A stretch of 64,000 bases of DNA from an uncultured Actinomycetota bacterium (GCA_963829855.1 CAWHKE010000009.1:4202-68201); one strand, 5' to 3'; counted from the stretch's first letter, positions 19,791 to 31,418 are shown. Notes: generated by a model not told the origin, from the sequence alone. Translations and numbers: made by a program.

Positions 19791-20724
19791 GCTCGGCGTC
19801 GACCAGCCGCGCCACGAGCTCGTCGAAGCCCACGGTCGGTGACCAGCCGAGCTCTCGGCGGGCCTTCGCCGGGTCGCCCACCAGCTCGGTCGCGTCGGCC
19901 GGCCGCACCAGCGCGGGGTCGACCTCGACCCGCTGCACCCAGTCGTCGACGCCGGCGCGGGTGAACGCCGCCTCGACGAAGTCGCGGACGGAGTGGCCGG
20001 TGCCGGTCGCGACGACGTAGTCGTCGGGCCGCTCGGCTCGCGCGGCCCGCACCATCGCGTCGACGTAGTCGGGCGCCCAGCCCCAGTCGCGGCGGGCATC
20101 GAGGTTGCCGAGCACCAGCCGGTCGGCCTCACCACGCGCGATGGCGGCGGCGGTCGCCGTGATCTTGCGCGTGACGAACTGCGGCGGCCGCCGCGGCGAC
20201 TCGTGGTTGTAGAGGATCGTCGTGGCCGCGTGCAGCCCGCGGTGCCGGTAGACGCCGCACATCAGGTGGGCGAACGCCTTCGCGGCGCCGTACGGGTTCA
20301 CCGGTCGGACGGGCGTCGACTCGTCCTGCGGCGACCGGTCGGGTTGGCCGAAGATCTCCGCGCTGGAGGCCTGCAGCACCCGGACCTGCCGACCGCTGCG
20401 CTCCTGGAGCCGGTACGCCGTGTCGAGGAGCGCGACCGCGGCGCCGCCGTTCACGGCGGCCGTCAGGTCCGGCTCCTCCCACGACCGGGCGACCGAGCTC
20501 AGCGCGGCCAGGTTGTAGATCTCGTCCGGTGCCAGGTCGAGCACCAGCCGGCGCACCTCGTCGGTGCGGGTGAGGTCGCCGAGGTGGAGCTCGACGCCGG
20601 GTACGTCGGGCAGCGGCTCGGCCTCGTGCGCCAGGGCGTGCACCTCGACGCCGTCGGCCACCAGCCGCTCGGCGAGGTAGCCGCCGTCCTGCCCGCCGAT
20701 CCCGGTGACGAACGCGCGCGTCAC
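19780..20724 (-). CDS. GDP-mannose 4,6-dehydratase family paralog (possible GDP-4-keto-6-deoxymannose reductase role)
   Basis: [27 protein letters not shown] and [16 protein letters not shown] are present. The GTG start lies 1 nt after the gmd stop. A reductase function is inferred only from the pairing. Confidence 0.75.
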
Positions 20725-20725
20725 G

Positions 20726-21706
20726 TCACCAGCCCTGCCGGGTGGCCGTGAGGTCGGCCTCGACCATCATCGCGACCAGCTCGGGGAACGACACCTTCGG
20801 CTTCCAGCCGAGCACCTCACGGGCCTTGCCGGCGTCGCCGACCAGCTCGTCGACCTCGGCGGGCCGGATGAAGCGCGGGTCCTGCCGGACGTGGGGCGTC
20901 CAGTCGTCGATGCCGACCTGGCCGAAGGCGAGGTCGAGCAGGTCGCGGATCGAGTGGGTCTGGCCGGTCGCGACCACGTAGTCGTCGGCGTCCGGCTGCT
21001 GCAGCATCAGCCACATCGCCTCGACGTAGTCGCCGGCATAGCCCCAGTCGCGGCGGGCATCGAGGTTGCCGAGCGTCACGTGGTCGGCGAGCCCGAGCGA
21101 GATCCGCGCCACCGCCCGGCTCACCTTGCGGGTCACGAACTCGTGTCCCCGCCGCGGCGACTCGTGGTTGAAGAGGATGCCCGAGCTGGCGTGCATCCCG
21201 TAGGACTCGCGGTAGTTGATCGTCATGTGGTGGCCGAAGACCTTGCTCACGCCGTACGGCGAGCGCGGCCACAACAGCGTCCGCTCGTGCTGCGGCGACT
21301 CCTGCACCTTGCCGAACATCTCCGAGCTCGACGCCTGGTAGAAGCGGACCCGGCCGGGCTCGTCGCCGGTGTGCAGCCGGAGCGCCTCGAGCAGGTTCAG
21401 CACGCCCTTGCCGGTGACGTCGGTGGTGAGCGCGGCGTTCTCCCACGAGTAGGCGACGTAGGAGATCGCGCCGAGGTTGTACACCTCGTCCGGGTCGGAC
21501 TCGCGCAGCGCCCGGATCAGGCTGGACATGTCGGTGAGGTCACCGGTGTGCAGCCGCACGTCCGGCACCAGGTCGGCCACCAGGTCGCGCCGCGGGTTGT
21601 TCTGGCCGCGGACCAGCCCGTGCACGTCGTACCCCTTGGCGATGAGGAGCTCGGCGAGGTAGAGCCCGTCCTGCCCGGTGATCCCGGTGATCAACGCGGT
21701 CGGCAT
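20726..21706 (-). CDS. gmd: GDP-mannose 4,6-dehydratase
   Basis: [47 protein letters not shown] and [16 protein letters not shown] are present. Confidence 0.93.
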   Translation of the reverse strand: MPTALITGITGQDGLYLAELLIAKGYDVHGLVRGQNNPRRDLVADLVPDVRLHTGDLTDMSSLIRALRESDPDEVYNLGAISYVAYSWENAALTTDVTGKGVLNLLEALRLHTGDEPGRVRFYQASSSEMFGKVQESPQHERTLLWPRSPYGVSKVFGHHMTINYRESYGMHASSGILFNHESPRRGHEFVTRKVSRAVARISLGLADHVTLGNLDARRDWGYAGDYVEAMWLMLQQPDADDYVVATGQTHSIRDLLDLAFGQVGIDDWTPHVRQDPRFIRPAEVDELVGDAGKAREVLGWKPKVSFPELVAMMVEADLTATRQGW

Positions 21707-21750
21707 GCGCCGATCATGCCAGCGGCGGAGCGGTCGATACGCTGCCGGGC

Positions 21751-22764
21751 ATGAAGGTTCTCGTGAGTGGTGGTGCCGGCTACATCGGCTCGCACACCGT
21801 GGTCCGGCTCGTCGAGGCCGGCCACGACGTGGTGATCGTCGACAACTTCAGCAACTCGGTGCCGGCGGTCGTCGGTCGGCTGGAGGCGTTGACGGGCACG
21901 AGCCTGCCGGTCCACGCCTTCGACCTGCGCGACGTCGACAAGATCGAGCACCTGTTCGCCGCGGAGCAGTACGACGCCGTCATCCACTTCGCGGGCTTCA
22001 AGGCGGTCGGGGAGAGCGTCGCGAAGCCGCTGGACTACTACGAGAACAACCTGGGCTCGACGTTCTCGCTCGTCCGGGCGATGCGTCGCTACGGCGTCGA
22101 GCGACTCGTCTTCTCCTCGAGCGCGACCGTCTACGGCACCGACCAGGCCGGCGCGACGGAGGACCGGCCCACCTTCGCGACCAACCCCTACGGCTGGACC
22201 AAGGTGATGCAGGAGCAGATCCTCGGTGACGTGGCCCGGGCGGCGCCGGGGATGCGGGTGGCGTTGCTGCGCTACTTCAACCCGGTCGGCGCGCACCCCT
22301 CCGGCACGATCGGCGAGGACCCGTCCGAGGTGCCCAACAACCTGATGCCCTACATCGCGCAGGTGGCCGTCGGCCGCCGCGAGAAGCTGCAGGTCTTCGG
22401 TGACGACTACGACACCCCCGACGGCACCGGCGTGCGCGACTACATCCACGTGGAGGACCTCGCCGCCGGTCACGTCGCGGCGCTCGAGGCGCTCGCGACC
22501 ACCGGCGACGCGGTCAACACCTGGAACCTCGGGTCCGGTCGCGGCACGAGCGTGCTGGAGCTGCTCCACGCGTTCGAGAAGGCGGTCGGCCGCGAGCTGC
22601 CCTACGAGGTCGTGGCGCGCCGCCCCGGTGACGTCGCCACGTCGTACGCCGACCCCGCCAAGGCCAACGCCGAGCTGGGCTGGCGCACCACCAAGTCCGT
22701 CGAGGAGATGTGCGCCGACACCTGGCGCTGGCAGTCCCAGAACCCCGAGGGGTACGTCGGCTGA
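21751..22764 (+). CDS. galE: UDP-glucose 4-epimerase
   Basis: [48 protein letters not shown] and [14 protein letters not shown] are present. Confidence 0.93.
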   Translation: MKVLVSGGAGYIGSHTVVRLVEAGHDVVIVDNFSNSVPAVVGRLEALTGTSLPVHAFDLRDVDKIEHLFAAEQYDAVIHFAGFKAVGESVAKPLDYYENNLGSTFSLVRAMRRYGVERLVFSSSATVYGTDQAGATEDRPTFATNPYGWTKVMQEQILGDVARAAPGMRVALLRYFNPVGAHPSGTIGEDPSEVPNNLMPYIAQVAVGRREKLQVFGDDYDTPDGTGVRDYIHVEDLAAGHVAALEALATTGDAVNTWNLGSGRGTSVLELLHAFEKAVGRELPYEVVARRPGDVATSYADPAKANAELGWRTTKSVEEMCADTWRWQSQNPEGYVG

Positions 22765-22808
22765 CGCGGTGGCTCGGGGCGGCCGTCGCGCTACTAGGCT
22801 CCACGTCC

Positions 22809-22928
22809 ATGACCGCCGTGTTCCACAACGTCAGCGCGGTGCTGCTCGACGAGGCCCTGACCGCCAACCTGATCCGCTGCAACCGGCGGTGCAAGGCGCA
22901 CTCCGGGACCCGGGTCACCGACCTGTGA
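22809..22928 (+). CDS. Unannotated 39-codon ORF (MTAVFHNVSAVLLDEALTANLIRCNRRCKAHSGTRVTDL), translationally coupled to the GNAT gene
   Basis: All 38 codons after the ATG end in G or C by my count. The stop overlaps the GNAT GTG (GTGA at 22925-22928). It contains a CxxxC pair, has no strong SD and belongs to no known family. Confidence 0.35.
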   Translation: MTAVFHNVSAVLLDEALTANLIRCNRRCKAHSGTRVTDL

Positions 22929-23449
22929 CCGGACCGGTCGTCGAGATCCGGCGCCGGCGCGGTGACGACCTGCCCGCGCTGGTCGCGGTGCTGGCCGCGC
23001 AGCAGCCCACCAGCCGCTACCCGATGCGCTGGCCGCTGCCCTTCCCGATCGAGCAGTTCGTCGTACGGGACGGCGAGCTCGCGGCCTGGACGGCGCTCGC
23101 CGACGCGCGGCCCGTCGGCCACGTCGCCGTCCTGGAGGCCACCGACGAGCTGTTCGGGCCGCACTGGGAGCGCGGCCACGGACTGCCGGCGGACCGGCTC
23201 GGGGTGATGAGCACCCTCTTCGTGGACCCGACGGTCCGCGGCGCCGGGTTGGGCCGGCGGCTCCACGACGTGGCGGTGGAGTGGCTGCGCGAGCAGGGCC
23301 GCGGGCCGTGCCTCGACGTGGTGCCGGTCCACGCGGGGGCGCTGGCGCTCTACCAGGCGGCCGGCTGGCGCGAGGTGTGCCGGGTGCGGACGCACTGGCT
23401 GCCGGCCGACCAGCCCGACGTGCTCGGCATGGTGCTGCCGCTCACCTGA
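22925..23449 (+). CDS. GNAT family N-acetyltransferase
   Basis: It has an acetyl-CoA pocket-like VDPTVRGAGLGRRLHDVAVEWL and ALALYQAAGW, and is about 174 aa. Confidence 0.8.
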   Translation: MTGPVVEIRRRRGDDLPALVAVLAAQQPTSRYPMRWPLPFPIEQFVVRDGELAAWTALADARPVGHVAVLEATDELFGPHWERGHGLPADRLGVMSTLFVDPTVRGAGLGRRLHDVAVEWLREQGRGPCLDVVPVHAGALALYQAAGWREVCRVRTHWLPADQPDVLGMVLPLT

Positions 23450-24335
23450 CGTCGAGCATCTCCATGGCCCGCAGCACGGTGCGGATGTGCGGAATCTCGT
23501 GGACGCGCAGCAGGTGGACCCGGCCGAGGGTCGCGAAGACCGTGAAGAACCCCTCCGCCTTGCGGAACTCGTCCTCGAAGATGTCGAGGTTGTGCGGCAG
23601 CACGCTGGCGGTGGGGACGCCGAGCACGCGGAGCCGGAAGTTCTGGGTGACCGTGCGGGTCTGCAGGTTCGCCCGCTCCAAGCCGCCGAGGTTGGGGAAC
23701 GTGAACCCCATCCCGGGGTCGACCACGATCTTGCCGACACCGAGCGAGCGAGCGTGCTCGATCCGCTCGGCGAAGTGGTCGACGAGGTACGGCGCGAGGT
23801 CGGTCTCGTTCGGCAGCTCGTCCTGCTCACGGACGTTGGCGGAGGTCCCGAAGCACATCAACAGCGACGCGTCGTGCTCGGCGATCGAGGCGAGCATCTC
23901 GTCCTCGTCCTCGCGGCCGGTCAGGTTGATCATCCGGGCGCCCGCGTCGAGCACGGCCTGGACCACGGCCGGCCGGTAGGTCTCCACCGACACGGCGGTC
24001 TCGCGGGAGAGCTGCTCGACGACCGGGAGCAGCTTCTCGAGCTGCTCGTCGGGTCCGACTCGGTCGGCGGCGTCGTTGCTCGCCTCGGCGCCGAGGTCGA
24101 TGATCCGGGCGCCCTGGGCCGTCTGAACCCGCGCCTTGTGGAGCGCGGCCTCGGTCGAGCCGGCGATGCTCTCGCGGTACGTCGAGTCGCGGGAGAGGTT
24201 CACGACGCCCATCAGCAGCGGCAGGCCGTCGTCCTCGATCACGACGTCGTCGGTGACTTGCACCGGTGACACCGGCCGTGCCAGGTCGTCGGCATAGGTC
24301 TCGTGGAGCGTGGCGAGGTCGGACAGCGTGATCAC
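23442..24335 (-). CDS. Dihydropteroate synthase-like (pterin-binding domain) protein, FolP2-like
   Basis: LLMGVVNLSRDSTYRES...ARIIDLGAEAS...VSVETYRP...MINLTGRED is consistent with the DHPS TIM-barrel fold. It is not adjacent to folK/folB. Confidence 0.75.
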   Translation of the reverse strand: MITLSDLATLHETYADDLARPVSPVQVTDDVVIEDDGLPLLMGVVNLSRDSTYRESIAGSTEAALHKARVQTAQGARIIDLGAEASNDAADRVGPDEQLEKLLPVVEQLSRETAVSVETYRPAVVQAVLDAGARMINLTGREDEDEMLASIAEHDASLLMCFGTSANVREQDELPNETDLAPYLVDHFAERIEHARSLGVGKIVVDPGMGFTFPNLGGLERANLQTRTVTQNFRLRVLGVPTASVLPHNLDIFEDEFRKAEGFFTVFATLGRVHLLRVHEIPHIRTVLRAMEMLDVR

Positions 24336-24373
24336 CCGACGGAGTGTAGGCAGCCCCCGGCTAACGTCGGCGC

Positions 24374-25033
24374 ATGCGCGTGCTGCTCGGTCCCGACGTC
24401 CCTCTGCCCGAGCTCTACACCGTCCCCGCCGAGCCGTGGCTGCGGTTGAACATGGTGGCGACCGTCGACGGCGCGGCCACGGGGCCTGGCGGCACCAGCC
24501 GGTCGATCAACAACGAGCCCGACCAGGTCGTCTTCCGGCTGCTCCGCGAGCAGGCCGACGTGATCGTGGTCGGTGCCGGGACGCTGCGCGACGAGGGCTA
24601 CCGCCCGAACCCGCTCCCGATCGTCGCCGTCAGCCGCAGCGGTGCCGTGCCGCCGACGCTCCGCGACTGTCCGCCCGGCCAGGTGCTCCTCGCGACGTGC
24701 GAGCAGGCCCCGGGGTTGTCCGAGGCCCGTCGGGTGCTCGGACCGAAGCACGTGCTGGTCCTCGGCTCGCACCGGGTCGACCTCGCCGTGCTGCGCGACG
24801 TGCTCGTCGACCGCGGCTTCCGCCGGATCCTCTCCGAGGGCGGCCCGCACCTCCTGCGCGACCTGCTCGACCAGGAAGTCGCCGACGAGGTCTGCACGAC
24901 CACGGTGCCGCGGGTGATCGGGGGGCTGCACCCGCGGATCAGCGACGGGCCGCCGATCGACGTACCGCTGCGGCTGCACACGCTGGTCGAGCAGGACGGC
25001 ACCCTGCTGGCGCGGTGGTTCGTCGAGCGGTGA
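24374..25033 (+). CDS. RibD C-terminal domain / dihydrofolate-reductase-like pyrimidine reductase family protein
   Basis: LRLNMVATVDGAATGPGGTSRSINNEPDQVVFRLLREQADVIVVGAGTLRDEGY...LSEGGPHLLRDLL is present. Confidence 0.8.
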   Translation: MRVLLGPDVPLPELYTVPAEPWLRLNMVATVDGAATGPGGTSRSINNEPDQVVFRLLREQADVIVVGAGTLRDEGYRPNPLPIVAVSRSGAVPPTLRDCPPGQVLLATCEQAPGLSEARRVLGPKHVLVLGSHRVDLAVLRDVLVDRGFRRILSEGGPHLLRDLLDQEVADEVCTTTVPRVIGGLHPRISDGPPIDVPLRLHTLVEQDGTLLARWFVER

Positions 25034-25036
25034 CGC

Positions 25037-25561
25037 TCAGCCGACGGCGTCCAGCAGCGCCTTGGTGAAGGCGGGCAGGTCGTCGGGGTTGCGGCTGCTG
25101 ATGAGGTTGCCGTCGACGACGACCTCCTCGTCGACCCAGTCGCCGCCGGCGTTGCGGATGTCCGTCTGCAGGCTCGGCCACGACGTGACCCGCTTGCCCG
25201 ACAGGCTGCCGGCCTCGACGAGCGTCCAGGGAGCGTGGCAGATCGCCGCCACCGGCTTGCCGGACGCCACGAACTCGCGGACGAAGCCCACCGCGTCCGC
25301 GTCCATGCGCAACGCGTCGGGGTTCGCCACGCCGCCGGGCAGCACCAAGGCGTCGTAGTCGGCCACCGATGCGTCGGCCACGGTGCGGTCGACGGCCTGG
25401 GTGTCGGCCTTGTCGAGGTGGTCGAACAGCTGCACCTCGCCCGCGTCGGGGGCCAGCAGCTCAGCGGTGTGGCCGGCGTCGGTCACGGCCCGCCAGGGGT
25501 CGGTGAGCTCCACCCGCTCGATGCCTTCGGATGCGGTCAGGAACGCGATCTTCTTGGTCAT
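25037..25561 (-). CDS. DJ-1/PfpI family protein
   Basis: MTKKIAFLTASEGIERVELTDPW...KPVAAICHAPWTLVEAG carries the nucleophile-elbow Cys. The start is set at the internal ATG because the upstream extension is non-coding-like. Confidence 0.9.
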   Translation of the reverse strand: MTKKIAFLTASEGIERVELTDPWRAVTDAGHTAELLAPDAGEVQLFDHLDKADTQAVDRTVADASVADYDALVLPGGVANPDALRMDADAVGFVREFVASGKPVAAICHAPWTLVEAGSLSGKRVTSWPSLQTDIRNAGGDWVDEEVVVDGNLISSRNPDDLPAFTKALLDAVG

Positions 25562-25695
25562 GCCTTCGACCGTACGAGCCGGGATCGGCTCGCAGGACGC
25601 CCGTAGGGGTGAAGTCTGGCCAGTTGCGATCACGCTGGCCGAATTCGGCAGTCTGCCGTCTCGCCGCACAGCCGGATCCTGCCACCGTGCGCGGA

Positions 25696-26640
25696 TCAGG
25701 CCGCCGGAGCGGGAAAATGGAGTCGCCACTGAGGGTCGAGCTCAGGCACGACCCCGCCCCGCCGGACGATCGCGTCGCATACCCGCGCCAGCGTCTCGCC
25801 GGGTCGTCGGTAGATGCCGCGTGAGATGACGGGCAGTACCTCCCACCCGTGCTGGGCGAACCAGGCGAGGCGGTCGTTGTCGCGGTCCCACTGGGTGAGG
25901 TCGTCCGCGCGGTGCTGCTGGCCGTCGTACTCGATGACCAGTTGTAGCTGCGGGTAGCAGAGGTCGACCCGGGTGCGGAAGCCGTCGCCGCGGATCTCCG
26001 GGTTGACCTGCGGCTCGGGGAGCCCGGCCAGCACCAGCAGGAGCCGGAGCCGGGTCTCCATCGGGGAGTCGACGCGAGCCCGGACGAGCGACGCCGCTCG
26101 AACGACCGCGGCGCGGTGCGAGTGGCGCAGGGTCGTTGCGGCCTCCATCAATCGGGCCGGCGTTGCCAGCCGCCGGGCGACCATGGCATCGCCGAGGACG
26201 ACCAGGTCCACGAGCCCCACGAGTTCACCCATCTCGCCGAACAGGTCCGGGCCTGTCGTGACCAGCAGGTTGTCGACGTACGCCGTCGCCGGCCGCGGCC
26301 GGACTCGCACCTTCAGAGTCCCGCGCAATCGCCTGTCCGCTGCCGAGGGTACGCAGGCGTGGACGGTCACGTCGTGCGGGACCGGGAGGCCCTGGAGGCT
26401 GGCGGCCGTGGAGTGGGACAGCCAGGCGGTGCCAGGTAGCACCAGGGCGGCGGCCTCCGCCATGAGCCGAGGCGTCACTTCGACCTCGCGAGCGACGTAC
26501 ACCGTCGGCAGGAGCCTCCGGAACCGTGGTCCGCGTACCGTCGACCATGGGATCTCGTCACGCACCATGCGGGCGGTGAAGGGGCGCGTCAGGTCGTGCG
26601 GCACCCGATCAGCGTGCCGCGGATCGGCGCGCCGGGGCAC
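25696..26640 (-). CDS. DUF559 endonuclease-domain protein (AbiEi-like N-terminus)
   Basis: The C-terminus VDLCYPQLQLVIEYDGQQHR...WDRDNDRLAWFAQHGWEVLPV matches the Vsr-like DUF559 motif. Confidence 0.75.
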   Translation of the reverse strand: MPRRADPRHADRVPHDLTRPFTARMVRDEIPWSTVRGPRFRRLLPTVYVAREVEVTPRLMAEAAALVLPGTAWLSHSTAASLQGLPVPHDVTVHACVPSAADRRLRGTLKVRVRPRPATAYVDNLLVTTGPDLFGEMGELVGLVDLVVLGDAMVARRLATPARLMEAATTLRHSHRAAVVRAASLVRARVDSPMETRLRLLLVLAGLPEPQVNPEIRGDGFRTRVDLCYPQLQLVIEYDGQQHRADDLTQWDRDNDRLAWFAQHGWEVLPVISRGIYRRPGETLARVCDAIVRRGGVVPELDPQWRLHFPAPAA

Positions 26641-26656
26641 CGGTCATCCACAGGAC

Positions 26657-27826
26657 CTACTTGCCGAGGTGGGTGACGGAACCGCCACCCTTCGCGAGGT
26701 GCCGGGCGATCACCATCCGCTGGATCTGGTTGGTGCCCTCGAAGATCTGCATCACCTTCGCCTCGCGCATGTAGCGCTCGACGGGGAAGTCGCGGGTGTA
26801 GCCGTAGCCGCCGAGGACCTGCACGGCGTCGGTGGTGACCTTCATCGCCTGGTCGGTCGCGACCAGCTTGGCGATGCTCGCCTCGCGGCTGAAGGGCAGC
26901 CCGGCGTCCTTGAGCCGCGCCGCGTGCAGGGTGGTGGCGCGGGCGGACTGGACGGCCGCCTCCATGTCGGCGAGCAGGAACGCGAGGCCCTGGTGCTCGA
27001 TGATCGGCTTCCCGAACGTCTCGCGCTCCTGGGCGTACGCGACCGCCTGGTCGAGCGCTCCCTGCGCGAGCCCGGTGGCCACGGCCGCGATGCCCAGCCG
27101 CCCGGCGTCGAGGCCGGCCAGCGCGATCCGCAGCCCGTCGCCCTCCCCGCCGAGGAGCCGCTCGGCCGGGACCCGGACGTCGTCGAGGCGCATCGTCGCC
27201 GTCGTCGACCCGGTCAGGCCCATCTTGCGCTCGGGCGAGTCGGCGGAAAGCCCGTCGGCGTCGGCGGGGACCAGGAAGCAGGAGATGCCGTCCCGCCCGT
27301 CGGAGGTCCGCACCATCACCTTGTAGAAGTCGGCGTGGCCGCCGTGCGTGGTCCAGGCCTTGCTGCCCCGGAGCACGTAGTGGTCGCCGTCGCGGGTGGC
27401 CGTGGCCCGCATCGCGGACGGGTCGGAGCCCGCGTGCGCCTCGGACAGGCAGTAGGCGCCCAGCAGGTCGCCGCCCAGCATGTCCGGCAGCCACTGCTGC
27501 TTCTGCTCCTCGGTGCCCCGCGTGACGAGGCCGAAGCACGACAGCGCGTGCACCGAGACGCCCACCCCGACGCTCGCCCAGACCGCAGCGATCTCCTCCA
27601 GCACCTGGAGGTACACCTCGTAGGGCTGCCCGCCGCCGCCGTACTCCTCCGGGTACGGGAGCCCCAGCACCCCCAGCCCGCCGATCATCCGGAAGACGTC
27701 GCGCGGGAAGGTGCCGTCGGCCTCGGCGACGGCGCTGCGGGGCAGGAGTTCGCGGGTCGCGAAGTCGCGCACCAGGCGGACCAGCTCGGTGGACTCCTCG
27801 GTGGGCATCACCCGGGTCGCGGGCAT
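26657..27826 (-). CDS. Acyl-CoA dehydrogenase
   Basis: CLSEAHAGSDPSAM, KAWTTHGG, and GGYGYTRDFPVERYMREAKVMQIFEGTNQIQR with the catalytic Glu are present. Confidence 0.93.
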   Translation of the reverse strand: MPATRVMPTEESTELVRLVRDFATRELLPRSAVAEADGTFPRDVFRMIGGLGVLGLPYPEEYGGGGQPYEVYLQVLEEIAAVWASVGVGVSVHALSCFGLVTRGTEEQKQQWLPDMLGGDLLGAYCLSEAHAGSDPSAMRATATRDGDHYVLRGSKAWTTHGGHADFYKVMVRTSDGRDGISCFLVPADADGLSADSPERKMGLTGSTTATMRLDDVRVPAERLLGGEGDGLRIALAGLDAGRLGIAAVATGLAQGALDQAVAYAQERETFGKPIIEHQGLAFLLADMEAAVQSARATTLHAARLKDAGLPFSREASIAKLVATDQAMKVTTDAVQVLGGYGYTRDFPVERYMREAKVMQIFEGTNQIQRMVIARHLAKGGGSVTHLGK

Positions 27827-27907
27827 CGCTGTCCTCCTCGAGGGGAGAGGGGTGGGTCGGTGGGGTCACAGTAGACGGGGCGGGACGGTTGGGACTGCCC
27901 GGGTAGG

Positions 27908-28504
27908 TTGCCCCTCGTGAGCGCCACCAGTGCCGATCCGACCCGCGGCTGGGTGCGGGCCGCGGCGGTCGTGGCGGCGTTCGTCGGACTGCTCTGGGTG
28001 GTCGAGATCGTGGACGCCGTCGGCGGCGGAGGCCTCGACCGCTACGGCATCGAGCCGCGGTCGGAGGACGGGCTCGTCGGGATCGCCCTCGCGCCCCTGC
28101 TGCACTCCGGCTGGACCCACCTCGAGGCGAATTCCGTGCCGTTGCTGGTGCTGGGGCTGATCGTGGCGGTCGGCTCCACCGCCCGGTTCCTCGGCGTGCT
28201 CGCGTGGGCGTGGGTCGTCGGTGGCTTCGGAGTGTGGCTGGTCGCGCCGAGCAGCACGGTGACGATCGGGGCCTCCGGCCTGGTCTTCGGGTTGCTGACG
28301 TACCTGCTCGTGGTCGGCTTCCTCGAGCGTCGGGCGGTCGGGATCCTCGTCGCCGTCGGCGTCTTCCTGCTGTACGGCGGTGTCCTCCTGGGCGTGCTGC
28401 CCGGCCAGCCCGGGGTGTCCTGGCAGGGGCACCTGTTCGGCGCCGCGGGCGGCGTGCTGGCGGCGTACCACCTGGCGAACCGGCGGCGTCCGCGCGACTG
28501 GTGA
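27908..28504 (+). CDS. Rhomboid family intramembrane serine protease
   Basis: LLHSGWTHLEANS, the GASGLVFGLL active-site GxSG and WQGHLFGAAGG are present, with 6 TM segments. Confidence 0.85.
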   Translation: MPLVSATSADPTRGWVRAAAVVAAFVGLLWVVEIVDAVGGGGLDRYGIEPRSEDGLVGIALAPLLHSGWTHLEANSVPLLVLGLIVAVGSTARFLGVLAWAWVVGGFGVWLVAPSSTVTIGASGLVFGLLTYLLVVGFLERRAVGILVAVGVFLLYGGVLLGVLPGQPGVSWQGHLFGAAGGVLAAYHLANRRRPRDW

Positions 28505-28512
28505 CCTGACCG

Positions 28513-30399
<1,887 letters not shown>

Positions 30400-30534
30400 G
30401 GTGTGCTGCGACCGCTTTCGTGGGGAGGCTGGGGACCGACGGATCAGTCTACGGAGCCGCCGTCGTCCGCCGCGATTCGTCGCGCCTAGGCTGTCCGCCA
30501 TGCTGCTGGCCGTCCCGACCGTCCCCGACCGCGC

Positions 30535-31416
30535 ATGACCCTGATCGCGGCCGCCGACGGGTCCGCCCTCGGCAACCCCGGTCCGAGCGGGTGGGCGTGG
30601 TACGTCGACGACGACTGCTGGGCCAGCGGGGGCTGGGCGCACGGCACCAACAACATGGGTGAGCTCACCGCGGTGCTGGACCTGCTCCAGCAGACCGCCG
30701 GCGTCGACGAGGAGCTGCACGTCTTCTGCGACTCGACGTACGCCATCAACGCGATCACGAAGTGGATGGCCGGCTGGAAGCGGCGCGGCTGGAAGAAGGG
30801 CGACGGCAAGCCGGTCGCCAACGTCGAGATCATGAAGGCGCTCGACGAGGCGATGCAGGGTCGGCGCGTGGTCTTCGAGTGGGTCAAGGGGCACGCCGGC
30901 CACGTGCTGAACGAGAAGGCCGACGAGCTGGCGAACGCGGCCGCGCGGGCGTTCCAGGAGGGGTCGGCGCCGGACCCCGGACCCGGCTTCCACGGCGACC
31001 GGTCCTCGCACGCGTTCAGCGTCACGGTGGCTCCGGAGCCCGACCCCGACCTGTTCTCGCTGGCCGAGGAGGCGGTGGAGTCCGACGAGGAGCTCGTCGT
31101 ACGGCTGGAGCGGGCGCTGCTGACCGACGAGGTGCGCGGCGACCCGGCCGCGGTGGCCGCGCTGCTGCACCCCGCGTGGGAGGAGGTCGGCCGCTCGGGC
31201 CGGCGCTGGTCACGCGAGGAGGTGCTGGCGTCGATCGGGCCGCTGGACGAGCGGGTCGGGCTCGAGGTGCTCTCGGTCGATCGGGTGGGCGACGCGCTGC
31301 TCCTGCTGTGGCGCGCGGTCCGGGCCGGTGGGGACGCCACCGTGCGCAGCTCGCTGTGGGTGCGCGAGGGCGAGCGCTGGCTGCAGCGCTTCCACCAGGG
31401 CACCCCCGAGGCCTGA
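30535..31416 (+). CDS. rnhA: Ribonuclease HI fused to a C-terminal DUF4440/SnoaL-like domain
   Basis: The N-terminal domain has AADGSALGNPGPSGWAWY..NNMGELTAVL..FCDSTYAINAITKW..WVKGHAGHVLNEKADELA, i.e. the DEDD residues. The C-terminal 110 aa or so read LERALLTDEVRGDPAAVAALLHPAWEEVGRSGRRWSREEV...WVREGERWLQRFHQGTP. Confidence 0.85.
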   Translation: MTLIAAADGSALGNPGPSGWAWYVDDDCWASGGWAHGTNNMGELTAVLDLLQQTAGVDEELHVFCDSTYAINAITKWMAGWKRRGWKKGDGKPVANVEIMKALDEAMQGRRVVFEWVKGHAGHVLNEKADELANAAARAFQEGSAPDPGPGFHGDRSSHAFSVTVAPEPDPDLFSLAEEAVESDEELVVRLERALLTDEVRGDPAAVAALLHPAWEEVGRSGRRWSREEVLASIGPLDERVGLEVLSVDRVGDALLLLWRAVRAGGDATVRSSLWVREGERWLQRFHQGTPEA

Positions 31417-31418
31417 CG

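Noticed and set aside
20079-20113. A 35-nt stretch identical to 21039-21073 (offset exactly 960 nt) in the two GMD paralogs, considered as a possible gene-conversion tract
   Set aside because: It encodes the most conserved motif ([11 protein letters not shown]) in a genome with extreme codon bias, so identical codons are expected. Flanking sequence diverges immediately, and the tract is too short to call conversion.
25638-25649. Perfect 12-bp palindrome GCCGAATTCGGC in the DJ-1 / DUF559 intergenic region, partly resembling the repeat unit (CCGAATC)
   Set aside because: It is a single short palindrome without the CGAGTCGTG core, and there is not enough evidence for an operator or for family membership.
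25973-27874. 633-aa plus-strand ORF
   Set aside because: It is antisense to the DUF559 gene and the acyl-CoA dehydrogenase, and its translation is low-complexity.
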